Below, one piece after another: positions 32,248 to 40,817 of a DNA stretch of 52,136 bases (positions within the stretch are counted from its first letter, which is position 1; each line of letters begins with the position of its first letter). Both the position numbers and the translations under genes were made by a program. The notes below the pieces were generated by a model. That model did no database searches. It saw nothing but the letters and a program-made list of their open reading frames with translations, and was not told the DNA's origin. The DNA is from an uncultured Candidatus Saccharibacteria bacterium (lineage in GTDB: Bacteria > Patescibacteriota > Minisyncoccia > JAHISW01 > Tagabacteraceae), in contig CAZRMW010000005.1 of NCBI GenBank assembly GCA_964601305.1, positions 1-52,136 of the forward strand, written 5' to 3'.

Positions 32248-33951
32248 ATGTCATTTAGTGAAATTTTAATTAAAAACAATGTTGTAAGTAATGACACGAT
32301 TGTCAAAAGCAGAAAAATTGCTGAAGAGAAAAATATTTCTCTAGAAGAGGTATTGATAAGAAATGGTGTTCCCGAAGAAACAATAACCGAGGCTAAAAGC
32401 CGGGCTTTTAATATTCCTATTAAAAAAGTTACTTCTAAAACGAAGGTGCCTTTTGAGGTTCTAAAAAACATTCCCGAAGAATCAGTAAGGCATTACAAGT
32501 TTATACCACTAGCACTTGAAGACGGTGTTGTTCATATGGGCGTTGTAAACCCAGATGATATGGAGGCAAGAGAGGCTTTGCAGTTTTTGTCTTCAAAACT
32601 TAATTTGCCATTCAAAATATTTCTAATTTCTCCATCTGATTTTGACTCTGTCTTGGAAGACTATAAAAGTTTGGGAGGGGAGACTGTAAAAATTTTAGAT
32701 GAATTAGAAGCAGCAATAGCTGAAAAACCACTTCCCAAAGAAGTAAAAGCAGAACAAAAAATAAAAGAAGACACACCAGTAACTAAAATGGTGACTGTTA
32801 TTTTGAGGCACGCTATAGATGGAAAAGCTTCAGACATTCATATAGAACCAACACACAAAGACTTAAAAGTGAGGTTTAGGGTAGATGGGGTACTTCATAC
32901 TAGTCTTACTTTGCCACTTAAAATTCAAGAAGCTGTTGTTGCTAGAATTAAAGTGCTTACCAACATGAAGCTAGATGAAAAAAGAAAGCCACAAGACGGA
33001 AGATTTGAAGTAAATGTGGATAAACAAAGAATAGATTTTCGTGTTTCTACATTTCCAACATTTTTTGGTGAGAAGGTTGTTATTAGAATTTTGGATCCTT
33101 CAAAATATCTAAATAAATTAGAGCAATTGGGGATAAGTGGTAGAAATTTGGAACTAATAAAAACAACCCTCAAGAGGCCTTATGGCTTGATCTTGCTTAC
33201 TGGGCCAACTGGTTCTGGAAAAACGACTACACTTTATTCAATGCTTAATTTGTTAGATAAAGAAAGATTTAATGCTGTGAGTTTGGAAGATCCTGTAGAG
33301 TATAATTTAGATGGTATGAGCCAGTCTCAGGTTCGACCAGAATTAGGATACGATTTTGCCAATGGACTAAGATCTATATTAAGGCAAGATCCAGATATTA
33401 TTATGGTGGGGGAAATAAGAGACAAAGAAACAGCTGGTTTGGCTGTGCAAGCTGCTCTTACTGGACATTTGGTTTTTTCTACTCTTCATACAAACAATGC
33501 CATGGGTGTTATTCCGAGACTAATCGATATGGGCGTGGATCCTTATTTAATACCATCAACACTTGTTTTGGCTATTGCACAAAGGCTGGTAAGAACTTTG
33601 TGTGAGGAATCCAGAAAACCTCTAGAGTCTAGTCAAGAAGCAATCAAAAAATCGTTAGAAGATGAGATGGTTGAAATTCCTGAAGCAATAAAACAAAAAA
33701 TTAAAATTCCTAAGCAAATTTATCAATCACACCCTTCACCTGCTTGCCCAAAGGGTACAAGGGGTAGGGTTGCGGTTTACGAAATGCTTAAAATGACACC
33801 AGAATTAGAACAAATAATTTTAACAAACGGTACAGAAGTTGCTATAATGAAAGAAGTCAGGAGGCAAGGAATGCTTACAATGAGAGAAGACGGAGTTCTA
33901 AAAGTTTTGGAGGGCAAAGTGGGGTTAGAAGAATTAAAAGAAGTAATATAA
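32248..33951 (+). CDS. pilB: Type IV pilus assembly ATPase PilB/GspE
   Basis: N-terminal T2SSE_N-like domain, Walker A GPTGSGKTTT, Asp box, Walker B IIMVGEIRD, His box, tetra-Cys region partly retained. Confidence 0.9.
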   Translation: MSFSEILIKNNVVSNDTIVKSRKIAEEKNISLEEVLIRNGVPEETITEAKSRAFNIPIKKVTSKTKVPFEVLKNIPEESVRHYKFIPLALEDGVVHMGVVNPDDMEAREALQFLSSKLNLPFKIFLISPSDFDSVLEDYKSLGGETVKILDELEAAIAEKPLPKEVKAEQKIKEDTPVTKMVTVILRHAIDGKASDIHIEPTHKDLKVRFRVDGVLHTSLTLPLKIQEAVVARIKVLTNMKLDEKRKPQDGRFEVNVDKQRIDFRVSTFPTFFGEKVVIRILDPSKYLNKLEQLGISGRNLELIKTTLKRPYGLILLTGPTGSGKTTTLYSMLNLLDKERFNAVSLEDPVEYNLDGMSQSQVRPELGYDFANGLRSILRQDPDIIMVGEIRDKETAGLAVQAALTGHLVFSTLHTNNAMGVIPRLIDMGVDPYLIPSTLVLAIAQRLVRTLCEESRKPLESSQEAIKKSLEDEMVEIPEAIKQKIKIPKQIYQSHPSPACPKGTRGRVAVYEMLKMTPELEQIILTNGTEVAIMKEVRRQGMLTMREDGVLKVLEGKVGLEELKEVI

Positions 33952-33955
33952 AAAT

Positions 33956-34342
33956 ATGGAAAACGATAAAGAAGAAAAACAAAAAGTTTTTTTGATAGAC
34001 GACGACGATCTTCTTTTAGATATGTATGCAACCAAATTTAAAAAAGAAGGTTTTGAAGTAGAAATTGCACGAGAGGGAGAAGAGGCTTTGAGCAAAATAA
34101 AAGCCGGGCTTCGCCCGAGCATTGTTTTACTAGATGTTTTAATGCAAAAAATGGACGGGTTTGAGTTTTTAGAGGCGTTAAAAAAAGAAAATTTGTTAGG
34201 AAACCTTAAAATTGTAATCTTAAGCAACAGAGGGTCTAAAGAAGATTTGGAAAGAGGGAAAAGGCTTGGAATTAAGGATTATGTTGTAAAGGCCGAGTTT
34301 ACACCATCTCAAGTTGTTGAAAAAATTAAAACAATAATTTAA
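33956..34342 (+). CDS. Stand-alone response-regulator receiver (CheY-like) domain
   Basis: DDDD acidic pocket, phospho-acceptor context VLLDVLMQKMDG, conserved S/T and K positions. 128 aa with no output domain. Confidence 0.85.
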   Translation: MENDKEEKQKVFLIDDDDLLLDMYATKFKKEGFEVEIAREGEEALSKIKAGLRPSIVLLDVLMQKMDGFEFLEALKKENLLGNLKIVILSNRGSKEDLERGKRLGIKDYVVKAEFTPSQVVEKIKTII

Positions 34343-34356
34343 AAAATTTTATTATA

Positions 34357-35427
34357 ATGGCAGATTACTTAAAAAAATTATCAGAATTGGTTCTTGTTGC
34401 AATAGAATCGAATGCTTCCGATATACATCTTTCGGTGGGCAAACATCCTGCAATAAGGGTTGCTGGTTCGCTTACTTTTCTTACAAAACAGCCAGTGCTT
34501 ACTCCAAAAGATGTGGAGAGTTTTGTTTTTTCAATGATAAACGAATCTCAAAAAACAAAACTTCTCGAAAAAGGAGAGCTAGATTTTGCATATAATTCAG
34601 ACGGTAAAGTTAGATTTAGATGCAATGCTTTTAGGCAAAAGGGATTTTTGGGGATTGCAATGAGGATAGTTCCTTCTCAAATAAAAAGTCTAGAAGAGTT
34701 GGGTTTGCCAGTGGATATGCTAAGGTCTTTTGCTTTAAAACAGCAAGGATTTTTCTTAATAGTTGGTCCAACTGGTCATGGAAAATCGACAACAATGGCA
34801 GCAATGGTAGACATTATAAACAAAGAAACAAACCAGCATATTGTTACCATAGAAGATCCGGTGGAACATCTTTTTGTACAAAACAAATCTATAATAGACC
34901 AAAGAGAAGTTCTTTATGATACTCAAACTTTTGCTAGTGGATTAAGGGCAATGTTTAGGCAAGATGTAGATGTAGCTATGATTGGAGAAATGAGAGACCC
35001 AGAAAGCATTGCAATTTCTGTTACTGCTGCAGAAACTGGGCATTTGGTTTTTTCTTCCCTTCATACCAACAATGCGAGCCAAACAGTAGACAGGATCATA
35101 GATTCTTTTCCCGCAAACAACCAAAATCAGATAAGATTACAATTGGCAGGGTCTCTTTTGGGAATTTTTTCTCAAAGACTTATTCCTAGAATTTCTGGTG
35201 GGCTAGTGCCGGCTTATGAGCTTTTGGTTGTAAATACTGCGGTTAGAAACTTAATTAGAGAGGCTAGAACTCACGAGATAGACATTGTTATAGAAACGGG
35301 CTCCGAAGATGGAATGGTTAGTTTAAATTCTTCACTTTTGAATTTGGTTAGGAGTGGAGAAATCACTATCGAAAATGCAATGGCTTATTCAATGAGCCCG
35401 AATGCACTAGTAGAATTATCAAAATAA
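34357..35427 (+). CDS. pilT: Twitching-motility retraction ATPase PilT
   Basis: ASDIHL, Walker A GPTGHGKSTT, MIGEMRD, GHLVFSSLHTNNA. Confidence 0.9.
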   Translation: MADYLKKLSELVLVAIESNASDIHLSVGKHPAIRVAGSLTFLTKQPVLTPKDVESFVFSMINESQKTKLLEKGELDFAYNSDGKVRFRCNAFRQKGFLGIAMRIVPSQIKSLEELGLPVDMLRSFALKQQGFFLIVGPTGHGKSTTMAAMVDIINKETNQHIVTIEDPVEHLFVQNKSIIDQREVLYDTQTFASGLRAMFRQDVDVAMIGEMRDPESIAISVTAAETGHLVFSSLHTNNASQTVDRIIDSFPANNQNQIRLQLAGSLLGIFSQRLIPRISGGLVPAYELLVVNTAVRNLIREARTHEIDIVIETGSEDGMVSLNSSLLNLVRSGEITIENAMAYSMSPNALVELSK

Positions 35428-36638
35428 TGTCGTTATTTAAATACAAAACTACAACTAAAGAGGGAGGTACAAAGGAAGGTCAAATAGAGGCCGCAACTTT
35501 TGATATTGCAATCGATGCTTTACAAAAAAGAGGGCTTGTAGTTATTTCTTTAGATCCTATAAAGAAAAAGATAGGACTTTTTGAAAAAGAATTATTTTCT
35601 TTAGAAAAAATAAAAAAAGTTGATATAGTTATTTTTTCTAGACAAATTGCTACTCTTTTTGAAGCAAAAGTCCCTGCTCTTACTTCTTTTGAGCTTTTAG
35701 CCTCAGAAGCAGAAAAACCAGTTTTAAGAAACAAACTCCTTGAAATAGTGGAAGATGTGAAAGGGGGTCTAAAAATCTCTGATGCCTTCGCAAAACATCC
35801 TAGAATATTTTCCTCTTTTTATGTGAATATGGTGAAATCTGGGGAGGAATCCGGGAAATTAGAGGAAGTTTTTCAGTTTTTGGCGGATTATTTAGAGCGT
35901 TCTTATGATCTTTCTTCAAAAGCAAGAAGGGCTTTTATATACCCAGCCTTTGTCTTAACAGCTTTTCTTGTAATAGTTGTTCTTATGCTTGTTGTGGTTG
36001 TTCCGCAACTTATTGGAATTATTGAAGAAAGTGGGCAGGATGTGCCGTTTTATACAGATGTTGTTATTTTTTCTAGTAATTTTTTGAAGTCGTATGGTAT
36101 TTTTGCTTTACTAATTTTAGTTGGTATTATTGCTTTTGGTTGGAGATACATAAAGACAAAAGCGGGAAAAATTTCTTTTTCTAGGGCTCAGATTAACTTT
36201 CCTTTTTTGGGGGAACTTTATAGGAAAATATATCTTTCAAGAATGGCAGATAATTTAGAGACTTTATTTAGTGGAGGTGTGGGAGTGCTTAGATCTTTGC
36301 AGATTACTTCAGATGTTATAGATAATCTTGTTTATAAAAATATTTTAGAAAAAACATCCGAAAAGGTTAAGGGGGGTGCTAGTATAGCCGAAAGCCTATC
36401 TCAATTTGAAGAAATCCCTGGATTTACTTCCCAGATGATAAGAATAGGCGAAGAAACTGGGAAATTAGATTTTATATTAAAAACTCTAGCTAGATTTTAT
36501 AGAAAAGAGGTAGATCAGGCATTAGAAACGCTTGTTAGTATGTTGGAGCCGATAATGACTGTAGTTTTAGGTCTTTTTGTGGGGTTGCTTTTAGCTTCTG
36601 TTCTTATCCCCATATACAATATCGCAATGAGCGTTTAG
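35427..36638 (+). CDS. pilC: Type IV pilus platform protein PilC (GspF family)
   Basis: Two GspF repeats, three TM segments. Its start overlaps the pilT stop. Confidence 0.9.
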   Translation: MSLFKYKTTTKEGGTKEGQIEAATFDIAIDALQKRGLVVISLDPIKKKIGLFEKELFSLEKIKKVDIVIFSRQIATLFEAKVPALTSFELLASEAEKPVLRNKLLEIVEDVKGGLKISDAFAKHPRIFSSFYVNMVKSGEESGKLEEVFQFLADYLERSYDLSSKARRAFIYPAFVLTAFLVIVVLMLVVVVPQLIGIIEESGQDVPFYTDVVIFSSNFLKSYGIFALLILVGIIAFGWRYIKTKAGKISFSRAQINFPFLGELYRKIYLSRMADNLETLFSGGVGVLRSLQITSDVIDNLVYKNILEKTSEKVKGGASIAESLSQFEEIPGFTSQMIRIGEETGKLDFILKTLARFYRKEVDQALETLVSMLEPIMTVVLGLFVGLLLASVLIPIYNIAMSV

Positions 36639-36681
36639 TTTAGGGTATAATTAAAAGTAATAAAACATTATTGAAAGCCTG

Positions 36682-36697
36682 CCTGCCAGTAGGCAGG
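36682..36697. repeat. CCTGCC-AGTA-GGCAGG hairpin in the pilA leader
   Basis: 36682-36687 pairs with 36692-36697, followed by GTCGA. Same core as the hairpins at 38012, 42826 and 47709. Confidence 0.7.
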
Positions 36698-36733
36698 GTC
36701 GAATTAATTATAAATTGTTAACAAAAAATAAAA

Positions 36734-37189
36734 ATGAGAAAAAACAAAGGTTTTACTTTAATCGAGCTTTTGGTTGTTATCGCTATTATTGGTGTATTAG
36801 CATCAGTAGTTTTAGCTTCTTTTAATAGTGCAAGGAAAAAGTCTCGTGATGCTAGAAGAGTTGCTGATGTTAAGCAACTTCAATTGGCTCTAGAGCTTTA
36901 CTTTGATTCAAACAACGCTTATCCATCAGCATTGTCTGCTTTGTCAACTGATGGTCATATTGCTGCTGTACCTTACGACCCACTAGGAACTACTGTTAGC
37001 TACACATACGAGCTTTGTACAGGTAGTTTGGGGTATCATTTAGGTGCTTCCCTTGAAGAATCTACAAACCCAGCTCTAGCTAACGATAGTGACGCTACCC
37101 CTTCAAACTGTTCAGGAACGTGGTATTCAGATACAGCTAAGTGTAACTCTGGTCATTCAGGCTTATATTGTTACGACGTAGCTCCGTAA
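36734..37189 (+). CDS. pilA: Major type IV pilin
   Basis: MRKNKG/FTLIELLVVIAIIGVLASVVLASFNSARKKSRDARR; C-terminal Cys residues. Confidence 0.85.
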   Translation: MRKNKGFTLIELLVVIAIIGVLASVVLASFNSARKKSRDARRVADVKQLQLALELYFDSNNAYPSALSALSTDGHIAAVPYDPLGTTVSYTYELCTGSLGYHLGASLEESTNPALANDSDATPSNCSGTWYSDTAKCNSGHSGLYCYDVAP

Positions 37190-37220
37190 ATTTAGCCATA
37201 TACAGATTTTATGATAAAAT

Positions 37221-37256
37221 AAGGGCATTATGATATGTGCCCTTATTTTTATTTTT
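37221..37256 (+). terminator. Rho-independent terminator after pilA that encloses the pilD start codon
   Basis: AAGGGCA (37221-37227) pairs with TGCCCTT (37238-37244), followed by ATTTTTATTTTT. ATG 37230 lies in the loop. Confidence 0.65.
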
Positions 37257-37988
37257 GGTCTGATGGTAGGCAGTTTTTTAAATGTTGTTATTTTAAGATA
37301 TAACAGTGGCGAATCTTTTATAAATAGCAGATCTCAATGTTTTTCCTGCCAAAAAGAACTTTCTTGGTACGAACTCATACCGATTTTTAGTTTTATTTTT
37401 CAAAAAGGAAAATGCAGAGATTGTGGTGGGAAAATTTCTTGGCAATACCCTGTAGTAGAAATAATAACGGGGTTATTATTTCTACTAATTTTCAATTTTC
37501 AATTTTCAATTTTCAATATTATTTTTTACTGGATTTTAGCTAGTTTGTTGATTGTTATTTCGGTATATGATTTGCGCCATCTTATAATCCCAAATAAGAT
37601 AGTCTGGTTGTTTAATATTTTAGCACTCGTTTTTTTACTAGTTACTAGTTACTGGTTACCAGTTACTAATTTTTTAAATTATTTTTTCTCTGGTTTGTTG
37701 TTTTTTACATTTTTTGCGCTATTGTGGCTCGTGTCTAATGGTAAATGGATGGGATTTGGAGATGCAAAATTAGCGTTAGGTATTGGTTGGTTTTTAGGTC
37801 CAATAAAAGTATTTTCTGCCTTCCTTTTTTCTTTTTGGTTAGGTGCCATTTTTTCCATTTTTTTGATGATTTTTAGAGGCAATAAGTATTCTATAAAAAG
37901 CAAAATTCCATTTGGCCCTTTTTTAGCAATAGGAGCTTTAATAGCACTTTTTGTAGATATAAACTTTTTCAGCTTTTTGTTTTTGTAA
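37230..37988 (+). CDS. pilD: Prepilin peptidase PilD (A24 family)
   Basis: GSFLNVV, Cys4 (CFSC...CRDC), catalytic Asp contexts (VYDLRHLIIPN, GFGDAKL). Confidence 0.85.
   Translation: MICALIFIFGLMVGSFLNVVILRYNSGESFINSRSQCFSCQKELSWYELIPIFSFIFQKGKCRDCGGKISWQYPVVEIITGLLFLLIFNFQFSIFNIIFYWILASLLIVISVYDLRHLIIPNKIVWLFNILALVFLLVTSYWLPVTNFLNYFFSGLLFFTFFALLWLVSNGKWMGFGDAKLALGIGWFLGPIKVFSAFLFSFWLGAIFSIFLMIFRGNKYSIKSKIPFGPFLAIGALIALFVDINFFSFLFL
37488..37515. repeat. Perfect heptanucleotide repeat (ATTTTCA)x4 inside pilD
   Basis: attttca repeated four times without mismatch. Encodes NFQFSIFN. Confidence 0.9.
37635..37669. repeat. 7-nt-periodic tract (TTACTAG-like x5) inside pilD
   Basis: ttactag|ttactag|ttactgg|ttaccag|ttactaa. 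Encodes LVTSYWLPVTN. Confidence 0.85.
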
Positions 37989-37993
37989 TTACG

Positions 37994-40000
37994 ATGAATA
38001 AGAAACAGGCCCGCCTGCCGGCGAGGCAGGCGAAAGATAGGACCCGCCTCGACTCGCAGAGACTCGTCGATGCGAGGCGGGTAGAAAAGCTTAAAAAATT
38101 GATAAATCATCATAGTTATCTTTATCATGTTTTAGACAAACCAGAAATTTCCGATGCAGCTTGGGATATGCTCAAAAAAGAGTTGGCAGAGTTAGAAAAA
38201 AAATATCCAGAATTTGTTACGACAGATTCACCAACTCAACGCGTAAGTGGAAAACCTTTAGACAAATTTGAAAAGGTAAGGCACGACAGACCAATGCTTT
38301 CTCTACAAGATGCTTTTTCTTTTGAAGAAATAGAAAAATGGGAGGAGAGAATTAAAAAACTAACTACAGAAAAACTAAATTATTTCGTTGAATTAAAAAT
38401 AGATGGTCTTTCAGCTTCTTTAAAATATAAAAAAGGGATTTTTGTGGAGGGTGCCACAAGAGGTGATGGTAAAACTGGTGAAAATATTACACAAAATTTA
38501 AAAACAGTAAATTCGATACCGTTAAAATTAAGAAAACCCGTAGACTGCGAGGTGCGAGGAGAAGTTTTTATTTCTAAAAAAAATTTTAAAAAGTTTTCAA
38601 AAGACTATGCTAATCCAAGAAACTTGGCGGCTGGTTCTTTAAGGCAACTTGATCCTAAAATTGCTGCAAAAAGAAATTTGAGTTTTATGGCGTGGCAGCT
38701 TTTAGGTAGAGACGAGCAAGACAGGGAGCATGAAGAGCTCGCAGAGCTTGGTTTTAAATCTGTGCCTGGTAAGTTTTGTAAAAATTTGGAAGAAGTTAAG
38801 GGTTTTTTTGAAGGAATAAAAAAAGATAAGTTAGAATACGAGATAGACGGGCTTGTAGTAGGAGTAAATAATAATAAAGTTTTTGATAGTTTGGGTGTGG
38901 CTGGAAAATCTCCCAGAGCTGCAATTGCTTGGAAGTTCCCAAGTGAAGAAGGAGTAAGTGTAGTAGAAGATATAAAAATACAGGTGGGGCGTACAGGGGT
39001 GCTTACACCTGTGGCTGTACTTAAACCTGTAAAAATACGAGGGGCTACTATAAGTAGAGCAAGTTTACACAACAAAGATGAGATTGAAAGATTAGAGCTT
39101 AAAATAGGCGACAGTGTGGTGGTGGCTAGAGCGGGCGATGTAATTCCAGATGTAGTAAAGGTTCTTAAAGAATTAAGAACAGGTGAAGAGAAAAATTTCA
39201 AAATGCCTTCAAAATGTCCAGTTTGTGGTGAAAAAGTCGTAGAAGACAAAAGAGGGATTCTTTTAAGGTGTGTAAATAAAAATTGTTTTTCTAAGAAAAA
39301 ACGAGGGCTTCATTATTTCGTTTCCAAGGCTGCTTTTGATATAGAGGGGCTTGGACCAAAAGTAATAGATGCACTTTTCGATAATGGCTTAATTCAAGAT
39401 GCCGCAGATATTTTTGAGCTTAAAGAGGGCGATCTTGTGCCCCTTGAAAGGTTTGCAGAAAAGTCTGCAGAGAATTTAGTAAAAGCAATAGACAAAGCCA
39501 GAAAAATTACTTTGCCAAGGCTAATAATTTCTTTAGGAATTATGAATGTAGGGGAGGAAACCGCCTATGTTTTGGCAAGTGTGTTTGGCAGTTTAAAAAA
39601 TATTCAAAAAGCTAGCTTGGAAGATTTACAGCAAATTAGAGACATAGGACCCATAGTTGCAAACAGTATTTATGAATGGTTTTCAAATGATTACAACAAA
39701 AAGTTTTTAGAAAAATTGTTAAAATATGTAAGCGTACAAGACACAAGGTATAAGACACAAGACACAAAAAATAAAAAAATTTTTGGCAAGAAATTTGTTC
39801 TTACTGGCACACTGGCTTCTTTAAGCAGAGATGAGGCAAAAGAAAAAATAAGAGGCCTGGGCGGAGATGTAAGTAGCTCGGTTTCAAAAGAAACAAACTT
39901 TGTAGTTGCTGGAGAAAATCCTGGATCAAAATACGATAAGGCAAAAAAACTGGGAGTAAAAATTTTAGGCGAAGAGGAGTTTGTAAATCTATTAAAATAA
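37994..40000 (+). CDS. ligA: NAD-dependent DNA ligase LigA
   Basis: Adenylation motif ELKIDGLS, OB fold, Zn finger CPVCG...C..C, HhH repeats, C-terminal BRCT. The N-terminal 30 residues are encoded by two GC-rich hairpins. Confidence 0.95.
   Translation: MNKKQARLPARQAKDRTRLDSQRLVDARRVEKLKKLINHHSYLYHVLDKPEISDAAWDMLKKELAELEKKYPEFVTTDSPTQRVSGKPLDKFEKVRHDRPMLSLQDAFSFEEIEKWEERIKKLTTEKLNYFVELKIDGLSASLKYKKGIFVEGATRGDGKTGENITQNLKTVNSIPLKLRKPVDCEVRGEVFISKKNFKKFSKDYANPRNLAAGSLRQLDPKIAAKRNLSFMAWQLLGRDEQDREHEELAELGFKSVPGKFCKNLEEVKGFFEGIKKDKLEYEIDGLVVGVNNNKVFDSLGVAGKSPRAAIAWKFPSEEGVSVVEDIKIQVGRTGVLTPVAVLKPVKIRGATISRASLHNKDEIERLELKIGDSVVVARAGDVIPDVVKVLKELRTGEEKNFKMPSKCPVCGEKVVEDKRGILLRCVNKNCFSKKKRGLHYFVSKAAFDIEGLGPKVIDALFDNGLIQDAADIFELKEGDLVPLERFAEKSAENLVKAIDKARKITLPRLIISLGIMNVGEETAYVLASVFGSLKNIQKASLEDLQQIRDIGPIVANSIYEWFSNDYNKKFLEKLLKYVSVQDTRYKTQDTKNKKIFGKKFVLTGTLASLSRDEAKEKIRGLGGDVSSSVSKETNFVVAGENPGSKYDKAKKLGVKILGEEEFVNLLK
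38012..38081. repeat. Two GC-rich hairpins inside the 5' end of the ligA ORF
   Basis: CGCCTGCC-ggcga-GGCAGGCG (38012-38032). CCCGCCTCG (38043-38051) pairs with CGAGGCGGG (38073-38081). Confidence 0.8.
39735..39776. repeat. 7-nt-periodic tract inside ligA (HhH-BRCT linker)
   Basis: tacaaga|cacaagg|tataaga|cacaaga|cacaaaa|aataaaa. Encodes QDTRYKTQDTKNKK. Confidence 0.8.
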
Positions 40001-40004
40001 AACT

Positions 40005-40399
40005 ATGAAAATTTACAAAAAAGATTTTGATAAGTGGAATTTACAAAAAAAATTTATTGATGGCACAGAAAACAAAAAAACATTTCACGAGAGGGAGGTG
40101 TGGTTTATTAAAATTGGCGAGAATGTTGGATTTGAACAAAATGGGAAAGGTGAGGAATTTTTAAGACCTGTCGTTGTATATAAAAAATTTTCTAAAAATG
40201 TTTTTTTGGTATTCCTCTAACAAAATCCAACAAGAAAACAAAATTTTATAGTAGTTTTGAATTTCAAGGAAAAAGAAGCAATGCAATTTTGTCACAAGTG
40301 AGGCTTTTTGATTCAAAAAGGTTAAAATATAAAATTGGAAAAATGAGTACAGGCGATTATTGTAATATAAAAGAAAAACTCATCGAGTTGATTCAATGA
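40005..40399 (+). pseudogene. MazF/PemK-like toxin, interrupted by a frameshift in a T7 run
   Basis: ORF 40005-40220 (…HEREVWFIKIGENVGFEQNGKGEEFLRPVVVYKKFSKNVF) continues in the -1 frame from 40208 as GIPLTKSNKKTKFYSSFEFQGKRSNAILSQVRLFDSKRLKYKIGKMS...LIQ, with stop at 40397-40399. One extra T in the 40201-40207 run restores a single ORF. Confidence 0.6.
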
Positions 40400-40535
40400 G
40401 CCTTTCTTTATACTCCCCAAGGGGAGAGAGTCCTAAGTGGACATTTATATTGTCATACTACCCAATTATTTAAAAAAGTCAATAGTTATCCACAAAGAGT
40501 TTATAAAGCTACTAAAGTAGTATAATATAAAAACA

Positions 40536-40817
40536 ATGGCGATTTCTAAAGAAGAAGTAAAAAAATTAGCGGAATTAAGCAGAATTTCCATAGAAGACAA
40601 GGAAGTGGATTTACTTTCTAAAGATATGGAAAGTATTTTAGGGTTTGTGTCTAAACTAAAAGAAGTTAAGACGGAAGATACAGAAAAGAAAGATATTATT
40701 TTCGGCAAACCAAGGGAAGATGAGAACCCTCACAAGAGTGGTTTGTATACAGAAGATTTAATTAGGCAAGCACCAGATAAGGAAAAGGGATATGTAAAAG
40801 TAAAAAAAGTGTTATGA
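40536..40817 (+). CDS. gatC: Asp/Glu-tRNA amidotransferase subunit C
   Basis: ISKEEVKKLAELSRISIEDKEVDLLSKDMESILGFVSKLKEV; overlaps gatA by 4 nt. Confidence 0.85.
   Translation: MAISKEEVKKLAELSRISIEDKEVDLLSKDMESILGFVSKLKEVKTEDTEKKDIIFGKPREDENPHKSGLYTEDLIRQAPDKEKGYVKVKKVL

Noticed and set aside
31911-32471. 186-aa minus-strand ORF spanning the pilO-like/pilB spacer, and similarly 37679-38128 antisense to pilD/ligA.
   Set aside because: They cross well-supported genes on the other strand and the palindromic elements. There are no translation signals.
38605-39249. 214-aa minus-strand ORF inside ligA.
   Set aside because: It is antisense to a well-supported ligA frame. The Ser/Thr/Leu-rich translation is typical of the reverse complement of Lys/Glu-rich coding sequence.
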